A DNA stretch of 64,000 bases, from positions 1,915 through 65,914 of the forward strand of contig JBMHCY010000003.1 of NCBI GenBank assembly GCA_049889655.1, in the 5' to 3' direction. Of the stretch, positions 1-13,603 are shown in pieces. A program made the translations under genes and the position numbers. Numbering within the stretch: the first letter of the stretch is position 1; the number at the start of each line of letters is the position of its first letter. Origin of the DNA: Candidatus Puniceispirillales bacterium (lineage in GTDB: Bacteria; Pseudomonadota; Alphaproteobacteria; Puniceispirillales; UBA1172). Under the pieces are notes generated by a model. The model searched no databases. It worked only from the letters and a program-made list of their open reading frames with translations, and was not told the DNA's origin.

Positions 1-1
1 T

Positions 2-601
2 AACATTTTTGATCAGGTTTCAGATGCCTACAGAGTGTTGCATTTTATTGAGTCTGATCCCCGCTTTGATGAAAACAAAGTTGCTGTTACAGGGTTTTCA
101 TTGGGGGGGATGTCATCACTGATGACAGCCAGTCAGTCATTAACGGAAAAATTTAAAATTGGTAAGAAGGACTTTGTTTTTGCCCTCAATCAATATGGGC
201 CGTGTTTTGTGTCCCCTGCTGACCCTAAAGCTGATTATAAAGTTTTCAATCTTTGGGGTACAGATGATCTTTCAACACCTGAAAAATTGTGTATGAAGCA
301 TATGGAATATCAGCACGATAAAGGCCTGGACAGTGATCATGAATTTATCAAAGACGTCGCCCATGGCTGGTTCCGCGTCAATGACAGCATAGTGATTTCA
401 TCAGAAAGCCACTTCAGCTGTTTCATCGAAATGACTGCCAATGAAATCAGGTTACAAAACAAATCCTACACAAACAAAGATGAGGCCCACCTAATGAAAG
501 CCATTCAAAAACCTTGCAAACATCGTGAAGGTATCAAAAATCAGCGGTCTGTCCTGGCACAGGAGCGTGCTGTTGAATTACTCATCAACGCGCTGAAATA
601 A
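2..601 (+). CDS. Dienelactone-hydrolase-like alpha/beta hydrolase, 5'-truncated by the window edge
   Basis: The frame is open from nt 2, and the GTG at 35 is probably internal. The translation shows a GFSLGG nucleophile elbow, then GTDD and VAHGW in Ser-Asp-His order. The segment is ~38-40% GC against ~60% elsewhere. Confidence 0.65.
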   Translation, partial: NIFDQVSDAYRVLHFIESDPRFDENKVAVTGFSLGGMSSLMTASQSLTEKFKIGKKDFVFALNQYGPCFVSPADPKADYKVFNLWGTDDLSTPEKLCMKHMEYQHDKGLDSDHEFIKDVAHGWFRVNDSIVISSESHFSCFIEMTANEIRLQNKSYTNKDEAHLMKAIQKPCKHREGIKNQRSVLAQERAVELLINALK

Positions 602-616
602 ACTGTATTGTGGCGA

Positions 617-693
617 TGGTAGCGGAGGAGGGACTTGAACCCCCGACACGCGGATTATGATTCCGCTGCTCTAACCAACTGAGCTACTCCGCC
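617..693 (-). tRNA. tRNA-Met (anticodon CAU), elongator type; tRNA-Ile2 (lysidine) not excluded
   Basis: A 77-nt cloverleaf folds by eye. Acceptor is GGCGGAG/CTCCGCT, D arm GCTC/GAGC, anticodon stem GCGGA/TCCGC with loop AUCAUAA, T arm GGGGG-TTCAAGT-CCCTC, and the ACCA 3' end is encoded. The 1-72 position is paired and there is no GGG/CCC anticodon stem, so it is not an initiator. Confidence 0.9.
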
Positions 694-725
694 CCAGAGA
701 GAGAACTGGTCTCAAGGTGCTCCAT

Positions 726-754
726 TTTCTAGGCGATGCCGTCTCTCCGGTCAA
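726..754 (-). promoter_or_regulatory. Candidate sigma70 promoter for the tRNA gene
   Basis: On the minus strand the sequence reads TTGACC, a 17-nt spacer, then TAGAAA. This would start a transcript about 25 nt upstream of the mature tRNA 5' end. Confidence 0.35.
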
Positions 755-829
755 GCGCAAATCGCTGCCTCGGGCCAGACAAATCATCAGCCTTGATCCC
801 ATCCCGGGGAGCCGTCACCCCGCCCCGCC

Positions 830-3813
<2,984 letters not shown>

Positions 3814-3819
3814 GTCTCC

Positions 3820-4134
3820 TTAATCGTCGTCGGGCAGGCGAACCTTGAGCCCGTCCAGCGCATCGCTCATGGTGATCTGGCAGCCAAGCCGCGAGGTGGC
3901 CTCCAGCCCGAAGGCCAGATCCAGCATATCCTCTTCGTCGAGAGACGGCTTGCCCGTGGCCTCGACCCAGGCCTCATCAACAACAACATGACAGGTGGCG
4001 CAGGAAAGGCTGCCGCCGCAGGTCCCCTCAATGCCGATGCCGTTGTCACGGCCGATTTCCATCACCGTAAGACCGTTATCCGCATCAAGCGTCACTTCCG
4101 AACCGTCACGTTTCACATAAGTTATTGATGGCAT
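3820..4134 (-). CDS. [2Fe-2S] ferredoxin (adrenodoxin/Fdx type)
   Basis: 104 aa with a CGGSLSCATCHV cluster motif plus a distal Cys (RLGCQI). The stop lies 6 nt upstream of the mnmA start. Confidence 0.85.
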   Translation of the reverse strand: MPSITYVKRDGSEVTLDADNGLTVMEIGRDNGIGIEGTCGGSLSCATCHVVVDEAWVEATGKPSLDEEDMLDLAFGLEATSRLGCQITMSDALDGLKVRLPDDD

Positions 4135-4163
4135 GATCTGACCCTTCTGCCTGTGGTTTAAAA

Positions 4164-5249
4164 TCAGGAATGCTTATAGAGATTGATCAGGGCTTCGGCA
4201 AGCCTTTCGATATCGTCGGCAGTGGTTGCCCATCCCGATGAAATCCTGATCGCACAACCGGCAAGATCAGCCGCGCCCATGGCCTCCAGCACATGGCTTG
4301 TCCGCACTTTACCCGAAGAGCAGGCTGCCCCGGCACTGACCGCGATACCGGCCAGATCAAGCGCCATCACCTGGGTTTCGGCACCGCGACCGGGCAGTGC
4401 AAGGCAGGTGGTATTGGCCAGCCGTGGTGCGGCCTCGGCGATAATGACTGCATCACTGAGCCCGGCCTTGATACGGGCCTCGAGGTGATCCCGCAACGGC
4501 TGGCAATGGGCGGCAAACCCCGCCGGATCAGCAGCATCTGCCGCCGCACCGAACCCGACAATCCCGGCAACATTTTCTGTCCCCGGACGGCGGTTGCGTT
4601 CCTGCCCGCCACCGCGGCTGAGCGGATTGGCAGCAATGCCTTCACGCTGGATCAGCACCCCGATGCCTGTCGGCCCGCCGATCTTGTGGGCGGAAAGAGA
4701 CATCAGATCAAGCCCGAGCCTGGCGAAATCAAGCGGGATCTTGCCGAAACCCTGCACCGCATCGCTATGGACAAAAGCCCCGTGGCGGCGGGCCACGGCG
4801 ATAATCTCCGCCAGCGGCTGAATGACCCCGGTTTCGTTATTGGCCGCCATCACCGAAACAAGACTGCCCTCTGGGGCATCGGCAAGGGCCGCCTCCAGGC
4901 TGATCAGATCAACCCGGCCTTCGGGATCAACCTTGAGCTGCACCGCCCCCGGGGCCGCTTCCAGCACAGCGGCGTGTTCGGTCGCACCGACAAAGACCTG
5001 CGGCCAGTCCCGCATCAACGCCATGGCATTGGCTTCGGTCCCGCCTGAGGTGAAGATCAACTCTTCCGGCATCGCCCTGGCAAGCCCGGCAACCCGGGCG
5101 CGGGCATCTTCGACCTTGAGCCGTGCCTGCTGGCCGAAGCCGTGCACCGAAGACGGGTTCGCCGGGGCATCGAGCACGGCGATCATGGCGTCTCTGGCCT
5201 CCGGCCGCAACGGGGCGGTGGCGTTATAATCCAGATAGGTTTCTAGCAC
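4164..5249 (-). CDS. Cysteine desulfurase (NifS/IscS-like class V aminotransferase)
   Basis: The PLP lysine is in [16 protein letters not shown] and the active-site Cys loop is SAGAACSSG. The start overlaps the cysE stop by 7 nt. Confidence 0.85.
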   Translation of the reverse strand: MLETYLDYNATAPLRPEARDAMIAVLDAPANPSSVHGFGQQARLKVEDARARVAGLARAMPEELIFTSGGTEANAMALMRDWPQVFVGATEHAAVLEAAPGAVQLKVDPEGRVDLISLEAALADAPEGSLVSVMAANNETGVIQPLAEIIAVARRHGAFVHSDAVQGFGKIPLDFARLGLDLMSLSAHKIGGPTGIGVLIQREGIAANPLSRGGGQERNRRPGTENVAGIVGFGAAADAADPAGFAAHCQPLRDHLEARIKAGLSDAVIIAEAAPRLANTTCLALPGRGAETQVMALDLAGIAVSAGAACSSGKVRTSHVLEAMGAADLAGCAIRISSGWATTADDIERLAEALINLYKHS

Positions 5250-5998
5250 GATTTGGTTTTGTCCGACCCCGAGGTGCCCTCAGGGGTGACAATCCCCAGA
5301 TCAGCATTGTCTTCATCCTGCTTGACCTCACCTTCAAGGGCATTGAGGCGAGACCGCAGGGACTGAACTTCATCAAGCAGGCCGCGGATAGCCAGCTCGC
5401 GGCTGTCGATCGAATTTTCCTCGGCGGTACCATAGGCGCGGAAAGCCGGGTTGGCCTCAGGCTTGCGCGACGATACCGGCCGTGCGGGAATACCGGTGAC
5501 GGTGATGCATTCGGCCACATCCTTGACGACGACGGAATTGGCACCGATACGGGCACAACGCCCCACCGTGATCGGCCCCAGCACCTGCGCCCCGGCACCG
5601 ATGATCACCCCGTCACCCACCGTCGGGTGGCGTTTGACCATGCGCTGGCTGTCGCTGTCGACACTCGGCATGACGCCGCCAAGGGTGACGCCGTGATAGA
5701 AGGTTACATCATCACCGATTTCGGCTGTCTCGCCGATCACGACACCCATGCCGTGGTCGATGAAGAACCGCCGCCCGATTTTCGCCCCGGGGTGAATCTC
5801 AATCCCGGTCAGGATGCGGGCAATCTGCATGAGAGCCCGGGCAACGACGTGAAGCCGCCACTGCCAAAGCCGATGCGCGAGGCGATAGACAAGCATGACG
5901 TGCACTGACGGGTAGAGCAACAGCACGCTGAGCTTACCGCCGGCCGCCGGATCGCGGTCGATCACTGAATTCAATTCTTCCAGGAATGCGGAAATCAT
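5243..5998 (-). CDS. cysE: Serine O-acetyltransferase
   Basis: Hexapeptide-repeat core is [41 protein letters not shown]. Confidence 0.9.
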   Translation of the reverse strand: MISAFLEELNSVIDRDPAAGGKLSVLLLYPSVHVMLVYRLAHRLWQWRLHVVARALMQIARILTGIEIHPGAKIGRRFFIDHGMGVVIGETAEIGDDVTFYHGVTLGGVMPSVDSDSQRMVKRHPTVGDGVIIGAGAQVLGPITVGRCARIGANSVVVKDVAECITVTGIPARPVSSRKPEANPAFRAYGTAEENSIDSRELAIRGLLDEVQSLRSRLNALEGEVKQDEDNADLGIVTPEGTSGSDKTKSC

Positions 5999-6172
5999 GC
6001 GCTTGCGCCTTTTCGTCGTCTCTCCCTCATTATATTGTAATTATTGTGGATGTTTCAACTCCAAGGTCATGCCACAGGATCAACCGGGGCAGAACCTGAG
6101 CGTCAGCTTGGTCTTGGAATTTTCACGATCTGCTGATATAGAACACTATTCTCTGATTTGGACGGACCCATC

Positions 6173-6838
6173 ATGCCTGAAGTCATTATCAACGGTCCCG
6201 AAGGCCGCATTGAAGCCCGATTCATGCCTGCCGCGGACCCGACCGCCCCTCTTGCGCTTATTCTCCATCCGGAACCGAACCGTGGCGGCAACATGAACAA
6301 CCGTGTCTCGCTGGCCATGTACAAGCATTTTCAGGAGCGCGGCTTTTCTGTATTGCGGTTCAATTTCCGCGGCGTCGGCCGGTCCATGGGGACCTACAAC
6401 AATGGTGAAGGTGAACTTTCCGATGCGGCAACGGCGCTCGACTGGATCGAGAACCAGTGCCCCAACGCCCGATCATGCTGGGTGGCCGGGTTTTCCTTCG
6501 GCTCCTGGATCGGGATGCAGCTGATGATGCGGCGGCCGGAAATCGTCGGCTTCATCGCGGTCACCCCACCGGCAACCGAAAAGGATTTCTCGTTCCTCGC
6601 CCCCTGCCCTTCATCGGGGCTGGTTGTCCATGGCGAGGCTGACGGGGTTGTGCCCGCCGATGCGGTAACGCGGCTGGTTGACCGTATCCAGACCCAGCGC
6701 GGGGTCAAGATCGACCTCCGGGTTGTGCCGGATGCCAACCATTTCTTCACCAGCCATCTGGATGCGCTGATCGGCGAGATGGGTGATTACCTCGATGAGG
6801 CTGTCGGCGATATCAGCCAGCCTGTCGACCCTGTCTAG
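6173..6838 (+). CDS. Alpha/beta hydrolase (COG2945-like)
   Basis: Nucleophile elbow is GFSFGSW, followed by HGEADGVVP and NHFF. The ATG at 6173 is preferred over the TTG at 6158. Confidence 0.7.
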   Translation: MPEVIINGPEGRIEARFMPAADPTAPLALILHPEPNRGGNMNNRVSLAMYKHFQERGFSVLRFNFRGVGRSMGTYNNGEGELSDAATALDWIENQCPNARSCWVAGFSFGSWIGMQLMMRRPEIVGFIAVTPPATEKDFSFLAPCPSSGLVVHGEADGVVPADAVTRLVDRIQTQRGVKIDLRVVPDANHFFTSHLDALIGEMGDYLDEAVGDISQPVDPV

Positions 6839-6863
6839 ACCTGCCAGCGGAGCGTTTGAGCAG

Positions 6864-8102
6864 ATGGCCTATTCTTCATCCTTCATCCAGACCGTCACCG
6901 ATCGCGGCTATATGCATCAGGCAACAGGGCTCGAAGCCCTCGATGAGATCATGGCGGAACGCCTGATCCCGGCCTATATCGGCTTTGACTGCACTGCCGA
7001 CAGCCTCCATGTCGGCTCGCTTGTCCAAATCATGATGCTTCGCCTGCTGCAGAAATCAGGCCATAAGCCGATTGTGCTTATGGGCGGCGGCACGACCAAG
7101 ATCGGCGATCCTTCCGGCAAGGATACCCAGCGGCCCCTGCTTTCCGACCAGGATATCGAGAACAACAAAAACGGTATCCGCAGGATATTTGAAAAATTCC
7201 TGACTTTCGGCGATGGCCCGGCTGATGCTGTCATGGTCGACAATGCCGAATGGCTCGACCAGCTGGAATACATTCCCTTCCTGCGGAATTTCGGGATGCA
7301 TTTCTCGGTCAACCGGATGCTTTCGATGGACAGCGTCAAACTGCGGCTCGAGCGTGAGCAGCCGCTGAGCTTCCTTGAATTCAACTATGCCATCCTGCAG
7401 GCCTATGATTTCATGGAACTGCGCCGCCGTTACGGCTGTATGCTGCAGATGGGCGGCTCTGACCAGTGGGGAAATATCGTCACCGGGGTTGATCTGACCC
7501 GCCGGGTCGATAATCAGGAAGTCTTCGGCCTGACCTCACCGCTGATCACCACGGCCTCAGGGGCCAAGATGGGCAAATCGGCACAAGGGGCGATCTGGCT
7601 CAATACCGAGAAACTGCCGGTTTGGGATTTCTGGCAATACTGGCGCAATACTGAGGATGCCGATGTCGGCCGGTTCCTGCGGCTCTTCACCGAATTGCCG
7701 CTGGACGAGATCAACCGGCTGGAAAAGCTCGAAGGCAGCGCCATCAACGAAGCCAAGATTATCCTCGCCAATGAAGTCACCAGCCTTTGCCATTCGCCGG
7801 AAGCCGCGGCCGAGGCTGCGGCCACAGCTCAGAAAGCATTTGCCGAAGGGGCACTGGCCGAGGGCCTGCCGCAAGTTGAGATCGACAGCCCCGACATGGG
7901 GATTATCGACGCCTTCCGGGCTGCTTTCGGGATGTCTGGCGGTGAAGCCAGGCGGCTGATGCGGGGCGGCGGGGCACGGCTCAACGATGCTGTCATCAAT
8001 GATGAAGATCAGCAGATCAGTGCTGCCGATTTTGATAAAGACGGCAAGGCCAAACTGTCAGCCGGCAAGAAACGCCACGTTATCCTGAAAAAGCCAGACT
8101 GA
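6864..8102 (+). CDS. tyrS: Tyrosine--tRNA ligase
   Basis: HIGH-type motif is DSLHVGSL and the KMSKS-type motif is KMGKS. A C-terminal S4-like domain is present. The ATG at 6864 gives MAYSSSFIQ. Confidence 0.92.
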   Translation: MAYSSSFIQTVTDRGYMHQATGLEALDEIMAERLIPAYIGFDCTADSLHVGSLVQIMMLRLLQKSGHKPIVLMGGGTTKIGDPSGKDTQRPLLSDQDIENNKNGIRRIFEKFLTFGDGPADAVMVDNAEWLDQLEYIPFLRNFGMHFSVNRMLSMDSVKLRLEREQPLSFLEFNYAILQAYDFMELRRRYGCMLQMGGSDQWGNIVTGVDLTRRVDNQEVFGLTSPLITTASGAKMGKSAQGAIWLNTEKLPVWDFWQYWRNTEDADVGRFLRLFTELPLDEINRLEKLEGSAINEAKIILANEVTSLCHSPEAAAEAAATAQKAFAEGALAEGLPQVEIDSPDMGIIDAFRAAFGMSGGEARRLMRGGGARLNDAVINDEDQQISAADFDKDGKAKLSAGKKRHVILKKPD

Positions 8103-8114
8103 CCACCAGCCCGG

Positions 8115-11100
8115 CTATTGCGCGGCACTGGTGTTGTCGGCGGTCACGTTATCACCGATCAGTCTTTCGCGTTCACGCCTGATCCAGTCCGGGCTGAAGA
8201 CATCACGGAAAAGCCCGGGGACGATGCTGGAAAGATTGACATTGTTCTCAGGCTCACTCACCGGCCCGGTAATTGAAAACTGGGTAACAAAGATGCCTTC
8301 ATTTTCAAGCCCGGTGACAATCTCGCTGATCAGCGGAACCTTGCCGATGAGTTTGGTGATGCCATAGACAGGCAGCAGCATGCCGCTGACTTCGAGCTCC
8401 TGTCTTTCCGTATCAATAACCCCGACGAGATCAACCGCCAGCGCCTCCCCCGAGGCCCGGGCCTGATGAATGATCTGGCGGCCGGGCATGACCTCAATGC
8501 GGGCATGGCCAAGATCAAAGAAAGTGCCATCACCTTCAATGAGGGAATAGAGACCGGCAAGGCTAAGCACCGACATCATTCGGACAGCACGGGGGGCTTC
8601 GATCACCCTGAAATCTTCCAGCTCAAAATCCGCATCAAAGACACCGGTATCATCTGAGCGGAAATGGACAACCATGTTGAGTTTGCCGCCGCGGATGGCA
8701 TCAAGCACCTTGAGCGATTTGAGCACTTGTCCGGCATTGTTCGAGCGCAACACCATCAGGTTGCCGCCGTCATCGGCCGGGCTGAGCGTGATCGATGCTT
8801 CCGCCCCCCCGACAAGCCCGCGGCCTTCCAGCAGATCATTGCCGCCACCGAAAAGTGCCGTGAAGGCTGCTTCTGTCATGAATTCTTTGTTCTTAAGAAA
8901 CAACCCGCCGAGAAAATCAGCCTTGCCCTGACCGTCTTTATCCGTGGTGAAGGAAACATTACCGGAAAGTGTCACCATCTGGTCGAGGATGATCCGGTCG
9001 GCGGTCAGGTCCACGGTCATCGCAAACCCTTCACCGGGGCTTTCCTCTCGCCGCAGCGGCGTGAGATCGATCAGCTCGGCACTGGCTGAGATGGTCAGCA
9101 CATCATCGCCGCTGCGCTCGATCGTCACAAAGGAAATATCATTGCCCGGCCACGCCATTTCATCAAAGAAGGCCCCCAGAAAACGGCCTGTTTCATCAAA
9201 ACTGATCTGCCCCCGAGCGCGCAGGACATCGCTGTCGAGATTGATATCGCCAATGGTTTCAATCTGGCCGTCACTGATCCGCAACATGGCATCGAGCCGG
9301 GCCCGCTCACCGGGGAGTTTGACAACACCGAGGCGGCGGATATTGAGGCTGGTTTCATCCAGATCAAGGTTCACGTCAAGCTGCAGGTCCGGCGACGCTG
9401 CTTCGCGGCGAATCTTGACCGCCCCCCCGGCCTGGCCTCCCAGATCAAGCCCGGCCCGAGTGTTGATGAGATCGGTGAGGGCGTCGGAACGGCTGAGCGC
9501 CAGATCCATCTCGACCTGCTGGTCCGGATAACGATCAAGACTGACAAACCCCGGCACGCCGCTGAAACTGCCCCGGCCGCTGATGCTCAATTTGCGGTTG
9601 AGGTAGACGATATCCATCATGCCGCCACGGATATCTGTCTGGTAGGGCAGGTTATCGAGTGCCATGTCTTCGACCGAAGCGGTGGCATTGATCGCAACCC
9701 CGCCACGGGTGCTCACCGTTTCGCCACTTTTCGGTATTATCCATTTGAGCCCCATGGTCAGGTCGATCTGGCCTTCGGCATTTGTCGGCTGCAGGCCGGC
9801 GGCATTGAGCACATCGAGGCGGGGATGATCAAGCAGGCGCATCGCCCCGCCAAAATCACCGGTGGCGATCAGCGCCAGATCAGCTTCAGGCCCGGCGGCG
9901 GTGGGGCGCATGATGAACCGGCTGCCGGCAAGATCGAGCCCTTCAACGGTGCCGCTGTCGATATCCGCCCGGAACGAGGTTCCCTGAAAATTGACGCGGG
10001 CCCAGGTGTTTTCCAGCGGCGGCATGGTCGTCAGATAGGTCAGTTCGGTATCGGCAATCTGAGCTTCACCTTCCAGATAAATGACCTTCATCGGTTCACT
10101 TTCGGGCAGATCAAACCCGCCCTTCAGCTTCAGCCCGTTGATGGTGCCGCCATCAATTCGGTTTTCCACCCATTGCCGTGTTCGCGCCCACAGCGACCGG
10201 GGCCAGAGCTCGGTCACCAGCTGGGTATCGACCTGCTCGGCCCTGACTTCCATATCGAACCGGTGGGGATGCCAGTCAGAGGTGATATCAACTTCGGCAA
10301 ACATCGCCAGCTGGCCCAATGCCCGGGCATCAACCGCGGCCCGGGTCACCTGAATGGTGTTGCCGTCCAGCCGTGTTCTGACCTCAACACCTTCGAGATC
10401 AATCTTGCGGGAAGACCCTTTGGGCAGCAGCAGCGCATCGGTGAGCAGGAAATTGGCAACCCCGTGATCAATACTGCCATCCTTGTCGATCGACATCTCA
10501 AACCGGGCGGAAAGCGAACCCACGAGGCGGTCGATCGGCCCGAAACCTGTTTCGAGACGCACCTGCCGCACATCACTGATCAGGTCCAGCGTTGAGACTT
10601 CGAACACCTTCTCCGCCCGGTTGATCACCCCCACGGTATCGATCCCGAAAGAGCTGACACGGCCACCATCAAGGCTTTCTTTGACGGTCTGGCGGAGCGC
10701 GCTTTCAGCGCTTTCCGGCCACAGTTCGATCACCCGGCCAAACGAGAAATTGCTGCCCTTGATATTGGCGATCAGGGTTGGCCGGGGCTGCATGAGATTG
10801 CGGACCTGACCGGCAATGGTCAGCCGTCCGTCGGGGCGGTCTGAGAAATTCCGCGTTGCCAGATCAAGGTTGCTGATGGTCAGCGTATCGAGCACGACAT
10901 CATGGGCAAAGATGATATTGGCACTGGCAAAATCAATATCACCGTATCCGGGCAGAGCTGTCTTGCCGTCAGTGCTGACAAGATCACCGCTGATCTGTTG
11001 CAGACGGCGGTCGCGGACGCTCATCGCCAGCCTTCCCGTCACCAGCCCGAGGCTGCTGATCTCCGGCACATCGATACCAAGATAGGGGTAGATTTCCGTG

Positions 11101-11801
11101 GCATTGATCTCGGAAAGCGTGGCCGAGAAATTGAGATCAGTTCCGGCGGCGTTGCCGGTGAAATCGATCTCGAACGCCCCGCCCACCGCATCACTGGCAT
11201 TGATCTTGCCCTGAAACACATTGTTCTTCTTGCTGAGGGTGATGGCGATCGGTTCAATTTCGATCCAGTCAATCCGCGCCACGTCAGCCGGATCAGGGTT
11301 ACGCATGATCCGCAATTTGGCATCATCGACAAACAGTGACCTGATCGCAGTGAGCGGGCCACCCGAGATGGCGTTGTCGTCATCAACGAGCGAGGTCAGC
11401 AGCGCCATCGACGGCCCGGCGTGCCAGCCCTTGGAGCCCTGCTCGATCTCGATCTCGAGGCCGGACAGGCTCATCTCTGTGGGGGTCAGGTTGCCCAGCA
11501 GCAGGTTGACAAAACTGAACCGGAATTCGGACTGCGGCAGCACGATGATCGTATCAGAGGCATTGAGCCGGATATTGCTGGCTTTGAGCCGCACCGGCAG
11601 GGTCGAGACGCTGAATTCAAGTTCGGCTTTCTCGATACTGCCAAAAACACCTTCAGCACGCTGGCTCAGCTTGTTCTGGATGAACATGGTCAGGCCGCCG
11701 GCCGCATCCACCTGACGCCAGATGCTAAAACCATAACCGCCGAGCGCAGCGGTGAGCAGCATGACCACGAAAACGGCCGCCATGATCTTTCGGTTTTTCA
11801 T
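8115..11801 (-). CDS. Very large AsmA/YhdP-like (DUF3971-type) envelope protein with N-terminal membrane anchor
   Basis: ~1228 aa with one N-terminal hydrophobic helix (IMAAVFVVMLLTAALGGYGF), followed by a long beta-rich sequence free of low complexity. The family call comes from architecture and recalled synteny, not from motifs. Confidence 0.55.
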   Translation of the reverse strand: MKNRKIMAAVFVVMLLTAALGGYGFSIWRQVDAAGGLTMFIQNKLSQRAEGVFGSIEKAELEFSVSTLPVRLKASNIRLNASDTIIVLPQSEFRFSFVNLLLGNLTPTEMSLSGLEIEIEQGSKGWHAGPSMALLTSLVDDDNAISGGPLTAIRSLFVDDAKLRIMRNPDPADVARIDWIEIEPIAITLSKKNNVFQGKINASDAVGGAFEIDFTGNAAGTDLNFSATLSEINATEIYPYLGIDVPEISSLGLVTGRLAMSVRDRRLQQISGDLVSTDGKTALPGYGDIDFASANIIFAHDVVLDTLTISNLDLATRNFSDRPDGRLTIAGQVRNLMQPRPTLIANIKGSNFSFGRVIELWPESAESALRQTVKESLDGGRVSSFGIDTVGVINRAEKVFEVSTLDLISDVRQVRLETGFGPIDRLVGSLSARFEMSIDKDGSIDHGVANFLLTDALLLPKGSSRKIDLEGVEVRTRLDGNTIQVTRAAVDARALGQLAMFAEVDITSDWHPHRFDMEVRAEQVDTQLVTELWPRSLWARTRQWVENRIDGGTINGLKLKGGFDLPESEPMKVIYLEGEAQIADTELTYLTTMPPLENTWARVNFQGTSFRADIDSGTVEGLDLAGSRFIMRPTAAGPEADLALIATGDFGGAMRLLDHPRLDVLNAAGLQPTNAEGQIDLTMGLKWIIPKSGETVSTRGGVAINATASVEDMALDNLPYQTDIRGGMMDIVYLNRKLSISGRGSFSGVPGFVSLDRYPDQQVEMDLALSRSDALTDLINTRAGLDLGGQAGGAVKIRREAASPDLQLDVNLDLDETSLNIRRLGVVKLPGERARLDAMLRISDGQIETIGDINLDSDVLRARGQISFDETGRFLGAFFDEMAWPGNDISFVTIERSGDDVLTISASAELIDLTPLRREESPGEGFAMTVDLTADRIILDQMVTLSGNVSFTTDKDGQGKADFLGGLFLKNKEFMTEAAFTALFGGGNDLLEGRGLVGGAEASITLSPADDGGNLMVLRSNNAGQVLKSLKVLDAIRGGKLNMVVHFRSDDTGVFDADFELEDFRVIEAPRAVRMMSVLSLAGLYSLIEGDGTFFDLGHARIEVMPGRQIIHQARASGEALAVDLVGVIDTERQELEVSGMLLPVYGITKLIGKVPLISEIVTGLENEGIFVTQFSITGPVSEPENNVNLSSIVPGLFRDVFSPDWIRRERERLIGDNVTADNTSAAQ

Positions 11802-11981
11802 GACCAAGAAGCCAGCCCCCGTTGCCCGGTCGCCATCTGACGCCAATGCACTGCCACCCCTTTTTTCCTGCCGATCATGACCCTATATCTTTCCATGACA
11901 TCACTCATAAAGATATAGCACAAATTCGGCAGCATCATGTCAGCAAAACATATCTGCCAAAGGACGCGAAAGGACGTAACC

Positions 11982-12437
11982 ATGCTCAGCGAAGGCGACA
12001 AGGCTCCCGATTTTTCCATCACTACCGACGACGGCACATTTGCGCTTGCCGATGCCACGGGCCCGGTGGTGGTGTTTTTCTTCCCCAAGGCTGATACGTC
12101 AGGCTGCACCAAGGAAGCGATCGCGTTTTCACAGCTGAAAGCCGCGTTCGATGACCTCGGCACGCGGGTGATCGGTATTTCCAAGGACAAGGCCGCAAAA
12201 CAGGCCAAATTCCGCGAAAAGCATGAACTGACCTGCGCCCTCGGTGCCGATGATGACAGCGATATCTGTGAGCAGTTTGGCGTCTGGGTTGAAAAATCCA
12301 TGTATGGCCGGACCTATATGGGCATCCAGCGGGCGACCTTCCTGATCGGTGGTGACGGCACAATCCTGAAAGCCTGGCCTAAGGTCAAGGTGCCCGGCCA
12401 TGCCGAAGAGGTGCTCGAGGCCGTCAAGGCAATCTAG
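11982..12437 (+). CDS. bcp: Thioredoxin-dependent peroxiredoxin Bcp
   Basis: Contains FFFPKADTSGCTKEA with the peroxidatic Cys. The start at MLSEGDKAPDF is preferred. Confidence 0.88.
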   Translation: MLSEGDKAPDFSITTDDGTFALADATGPVVVFFFPKADTSGCTKEAIAFSQLKAAFDDLGTRVIGISKDKAAKQAKFREKHELTCALGADDDSDICEQFGVWVEKSMYGRTYMGIQRATFLIGGDGTILKAWPKVKVPGHAEEVLEAVKAI

Positions 12438-12452
12438 CCTGGGGATCGGGGG

Positions 12453-13571
12453 CTAGGCCCCTTCCTGACGCTGGTTGCTGACCTTCATGGCCAGCCCGGC
12501 TTCGATGAAATCATCGAGATCACCGTCGAGCACGCCCTGGGCGTTGCCCTTTTCCACCTGGGTGCGGAGATCCTTGACCATCTGGTAGGGATGCAGGACA
12601 TAGGAGCGGATCTGGTTGCCCCAGCCGATCTCTGTCTTGCTTGCCGCTGAGGCGTTGGCCTCCGCCTCGCGCCGCTGCAATTCCAGCTCATAAAGCCGGG
12701 CCTTCAGCATATTGAAGGCGGTGGCCCTGTTGCGATGCTGTGACCGGTCATTCTGACACTGGACGACAATATTGGTCGGCAGGTGCGTGATGCGGATGGC
12801 ACTGTCGGTCTTGTTGACGTGCTGGCCACCCGCCCCGGAGGCGCGATAGGTATCGATCCGCAGGTCCTTTTCCTCTATTTCGACCTCGATGGTGTCATCG
12901 ACCACCGGGTAGACCCAGACCGAGGCAAAGCTGGTGTGACGCCGGGCCGATGAATCATAGGGCGAAATTCTGACGAGGCGGTGGACACCGCTCTCCGTCT
13001 TCAGCCAGCCATAGGCACTGTCCCCGTTGAACCGCATGGTGATGGATTTGAGCCCGGCCTCTTCGCCCGGGCTTTCTTCGATATAGTCAATCTTGTAGCC
13101 GCGGGATTCCCCCCAGCGGGCATACATACGCTGCAGCATGGCCGCCCAGTCCTGAGCTTCGGTACCGCCAGCCCCGGCATTGATCTCGATAAAGCAGTCA
13201 TTGCCATCAGCCTCGCCGGAAAGCAGGCTTTCGATCTGGCGCTTGGAGGCAATCGCCTCAATCTCGGTGAGGCTGGCCTCGGCCTCGGCGACGATATCGG
13301 TGTCGTTTTCCTCTTCGCCGAGGGCGATCAGTTCAATCGCATCCTCAAGCGCTGTCTCGATTTCCCTGACCCCGCCGATGAGACGGTCGAGACGGTTCTT
13401 TTCCCGCATCACCTTCTGGGCCCGCTCCTGATCATCCCACAGCGACTGATCTTCGGCCTCAGTGTTAAGCTCATCAAGGCGCGCCACGGCCTGATCCCAG
13501 CCGATATGCTGGCGCAGGAGAGTCAGGCTGGAACGGATCGAGGTGACTTTATGTTCGGTTTCGGCTTGCAT
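12453..13571 (-). CDS. prfB: Peptide chain release factor 2, encoded in a single frame
   Basis: GGQ motif is SGAGGQHVNKT and an RF2-type N-terminus is present. The tripeptide region reads RISPYDSS. No CUU UGA shift site is present. Confidence 0.92.
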   Translation of the reverse strand: MQAETEHKVTSIRSSLTLLRQHIGWDQAVARLDELNTEAEDQSLWDDQERAQKVMREKNRLDRLIGGVREIETALEDAIELIALGEEENDTDIVAEAEASLTEIEAIASKRQIESLLSGEADGNDCFIEINAGAGGTEAQDWAAMLQRMYARWGESRGYKIDYIEESPGEEAGLKSITMRFNGDSAYGWLKTESGVHRLVRISPYDSSARRHTSFASVWVYPVVDDTIEVEIEEKDLRIDTYRASGAGGQHVNKTDSAIRITHLPTNIVVQCQNDRSQHRNRATAFNMLKARLYELELQRREAEANASAASKTEIGWGNQIRSYVLHPYQMVKDLRTQVEKGNAQGVLDGDLDDFIEAGLAMKVSNQRQEGA

Positions 13572-13603
13572 GGCGGTCGGTGGTCAATTCAGGAACAAGC
13601 CCG

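Noticed and set aside
13485-13525. Expected prfB +1 programmed frameshift site
   Set aside because: I looked for CUU UGA with an upstream SD-like element. The frame is continuous (CAT ATC GGC TGG GAT CAG), so no recoding is present.
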